DNA of 49,361 bases from Nemertoderma westbladi (taxonomy: Eukaryota > Animalia > Xenacoelomorpha): the NCBI GenBank assembly GCA_032718475.1, contig JAUCBJ010005586.1:1-49361 (forward strand), written 5' to 3'. The notes under the pieces were generated by a model. It saw only the letters and a program-made list of their open reading frames with translations. It was not told where the DNA came from and searched no databases. The position numbers and the translations under genes were made by a program. Positions 47,401-49,361 of this stretch are shown here, piece after piece. The stretch's first letter is position 1; the number at the start of each line of letters is the position of its first letter.

Positions 47401-49361
47401 GTAGGACTAATCCCATCACATGCGTACTTTTTAACCGGGTAGTGTACAAATTTAGGAATCGCGTAATTTTTCTTGAAATTAATATCTCATATCTCTCCAA
47501 ACCACGTACGCGTTTCGACCTTACTGGGTCTCATCAGCGTGGTGTCGGATTCGAACCTAGGACCTCGAGGTGGAAGCCGAGACAACAACCACTAGGCCAC
47601 AGGTTCTTGAGATATGGAGTATTAATTTCAAAGCCAGCTGCCATTTTATTAGCCCCTGATTTTTATTATTGATAGTAACAATGTGTTGGTTGGCAAGCTG
47701 TATTTTTCGAGGTGTTTGTTATGATACATTTATTATAGGAAGGGATCTAGGGGTCTTAACCTCGAATGATAAGTTTATTTTACCGAAAATAACTTATCTT
47801 TTATTGGCGCATTTGTAGGACTAATCCCATCACATGCGTACTTTTTAACCGGGTAGTGTACAAATTTAGGAATCGCGTAATTTTTCTTGAAATTAATATC
47901 TCATATCTCTCCAAACCACGTACGCGTTTCGACCTTACTGGGTCTCATCAGCGTGGTGTCGGATTCGAACCTAGGACCTCGAGGTGGAAGCCGAGACAAC
48001 AACCACTAGGCCACAGGTTCTTGAGATATGGAGTATTAATTTCAAAGCCAGCTGCCATTTTATTAGCCCCTGATTTTTATTATTGATAGTAACAATGTGT
48101 TGGTTGGCAAGCTGTATTTTTCGAGGTGTTTGTTATGATACATTTATTATAGGAAGGGATCTAGGGGTCTTAACCTCGAATGATAAGTTTATTTTACCGA
48201 AAATAACTTATCTTTTATTGGCGCATTTGTAGGACTAATCCCATCACATGCGTACTTTTTAACCGGGTAGTGTACAAATTTAGGAATCGCGTAATTTTTC
48301 TTGAAATTAATATCTCATATCTCTCCAAACCACGTACGCGTTTCGACCTTACTGGGTCTCATCAGCGTGGTGTCGGATTCGAACCTAGGACCTCGAGGTG
48401 GAAGCCGAGACAACAACCACTAGGCCACAGGTTCTTGAGATATGGAGTATTAATTTCAAAGCCAGCTGCCATTTTATTAGCCCCTGATTTTTATTATTGA
48501 TAGTAACAATGTGTTGGTTGGCAAGCTGTATTTTTCGAGGTGTTTGTTATGATACATTTATTATAGGAAGGGATCTAGGGGTCTTAACCTCGAATGATAA
48601 GTTTATTTTACCGAAAATAACTTATCTTTTATTGGCGCATTTGTAGGACTAATCCCATCACATGCGTACTTTTTAACCGGGTAGTGTACAAATTTAGGAA
48701 TCGCGTAATTTTTCTTGAAATTAATATCTCATATCTCTCCAAACCACGTACGCGTTTCGACCTTACTGGGTCTCATCAGCGTGGTGTCGGATTCGAACCT
48801 AGGACCTCGAGGTGGAAGCCGAGACAACAACCACTAGGCCACAGGTTCTTGAGATATGGAGTATTAATTTCAAAGCCAGCTGCCATTTTATTAGCCCCTG
48901 ATTTTTATTATTGATAGTAACAATGTGTTGGTTGGCAAGCTGTATTTTTCGAGGTGTTTGTTATGATACATTTATTATAGGAAGGGATCTAGGGGTCTTA
49001 ACCTCGAATGATAAGTTTATTTTACCGAAAATAACTTATCTTTTATTGGCGCATTTGTAGGACTAATCCCCATCACATGCGTACTTTTTAAACCGGGTAG
49101 TGTTACAAATTTAGGAATCGCGTAATTTTTCTTGAAATTAATATCTCATATCTCTCCAAACCACGTACGCGTTTCGACCTTACTGGGTCTCCATCAGCGT
49201 GGTGTCGGATTCGAACCTAGGACCTCGAGGTGGGAAGCCGAGACAACAACCACTAGGCCACAGGTTCTTGAGATATGGAGTATTAATTTCAAAGCCAGCT
49301 GCCATTTTATTAGCCCCTGATTTTTATTATTGATAGTAACAATGTGTTGGTTGGCAAGCTG

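Larger units (their letters stand above)
38148..49361 (-). repeat. Near-perfect tandem array of 414-bp units (~27 copies, runs off the window end); tRNA-head + hammerhead retrozyme/SINE satellite
   Basis: Period is 413 for the first two units, then 414. Only isolated variants (e.g. 38469, 44761), plus several 1-bp insertions in the last unit. Confidence 0.97.

Noticed and set aside
38336-48914. 26 repeated 76-93 aa ORFs (MYKFRNRVIF...)
   Set aside because: They are by-products of the tandem unit: GTG starts, antisense to the tRNA-head/hammerhead, length changed by a 1-bp indel, and no recognisable domain.

Overview
Repeat-dense eukaryotic (invertebrate-like) DNA made almost entirely of nested mobile elements. 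From 5' to 3': (i) a decayed CR1/L2-type LINE fragment. (ii) A ~14 kb BEL/Pao LTR retrotransposon (5993-19983; near-identical TG..CA LTRs, 5-bp TATTA target duplication). After integrase it carries a hairpin-repeat array and an extra ORF resembling a WRN/EXD/Mut-7-type 3'-5' exonuclease fused to three CCHC knuckles. (iii) One probable host exon (Caspr/neurexin-IV fibrinogen-like module). (iv) A DIRS/Ngaro-type tyrosine-recombinase retrotransposon with three open ORFs. (v) A 5'-truncated RTE LINE on the minus strand. (vi) A second copy of the ~1.5 kb repeat that the BEL element interrupts. (vii) From 32525, a decayed Polinton/Maverick (AGTAGT terminus, capsid and adenain-protease relics) that hosts two tandem arrays with hammerhead ribozyme motifs. 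One array has 4.7 copies of a ~706-bp unit with an atypical split hammerhead. The other has ~27 near-identical 414-bp units, each a tRNA-like Pol III head fused directly to a minimal type I hammerhead (retrozyme/SM-alpha-like). All family assignments come from motif recognition by eye; no searches were run.
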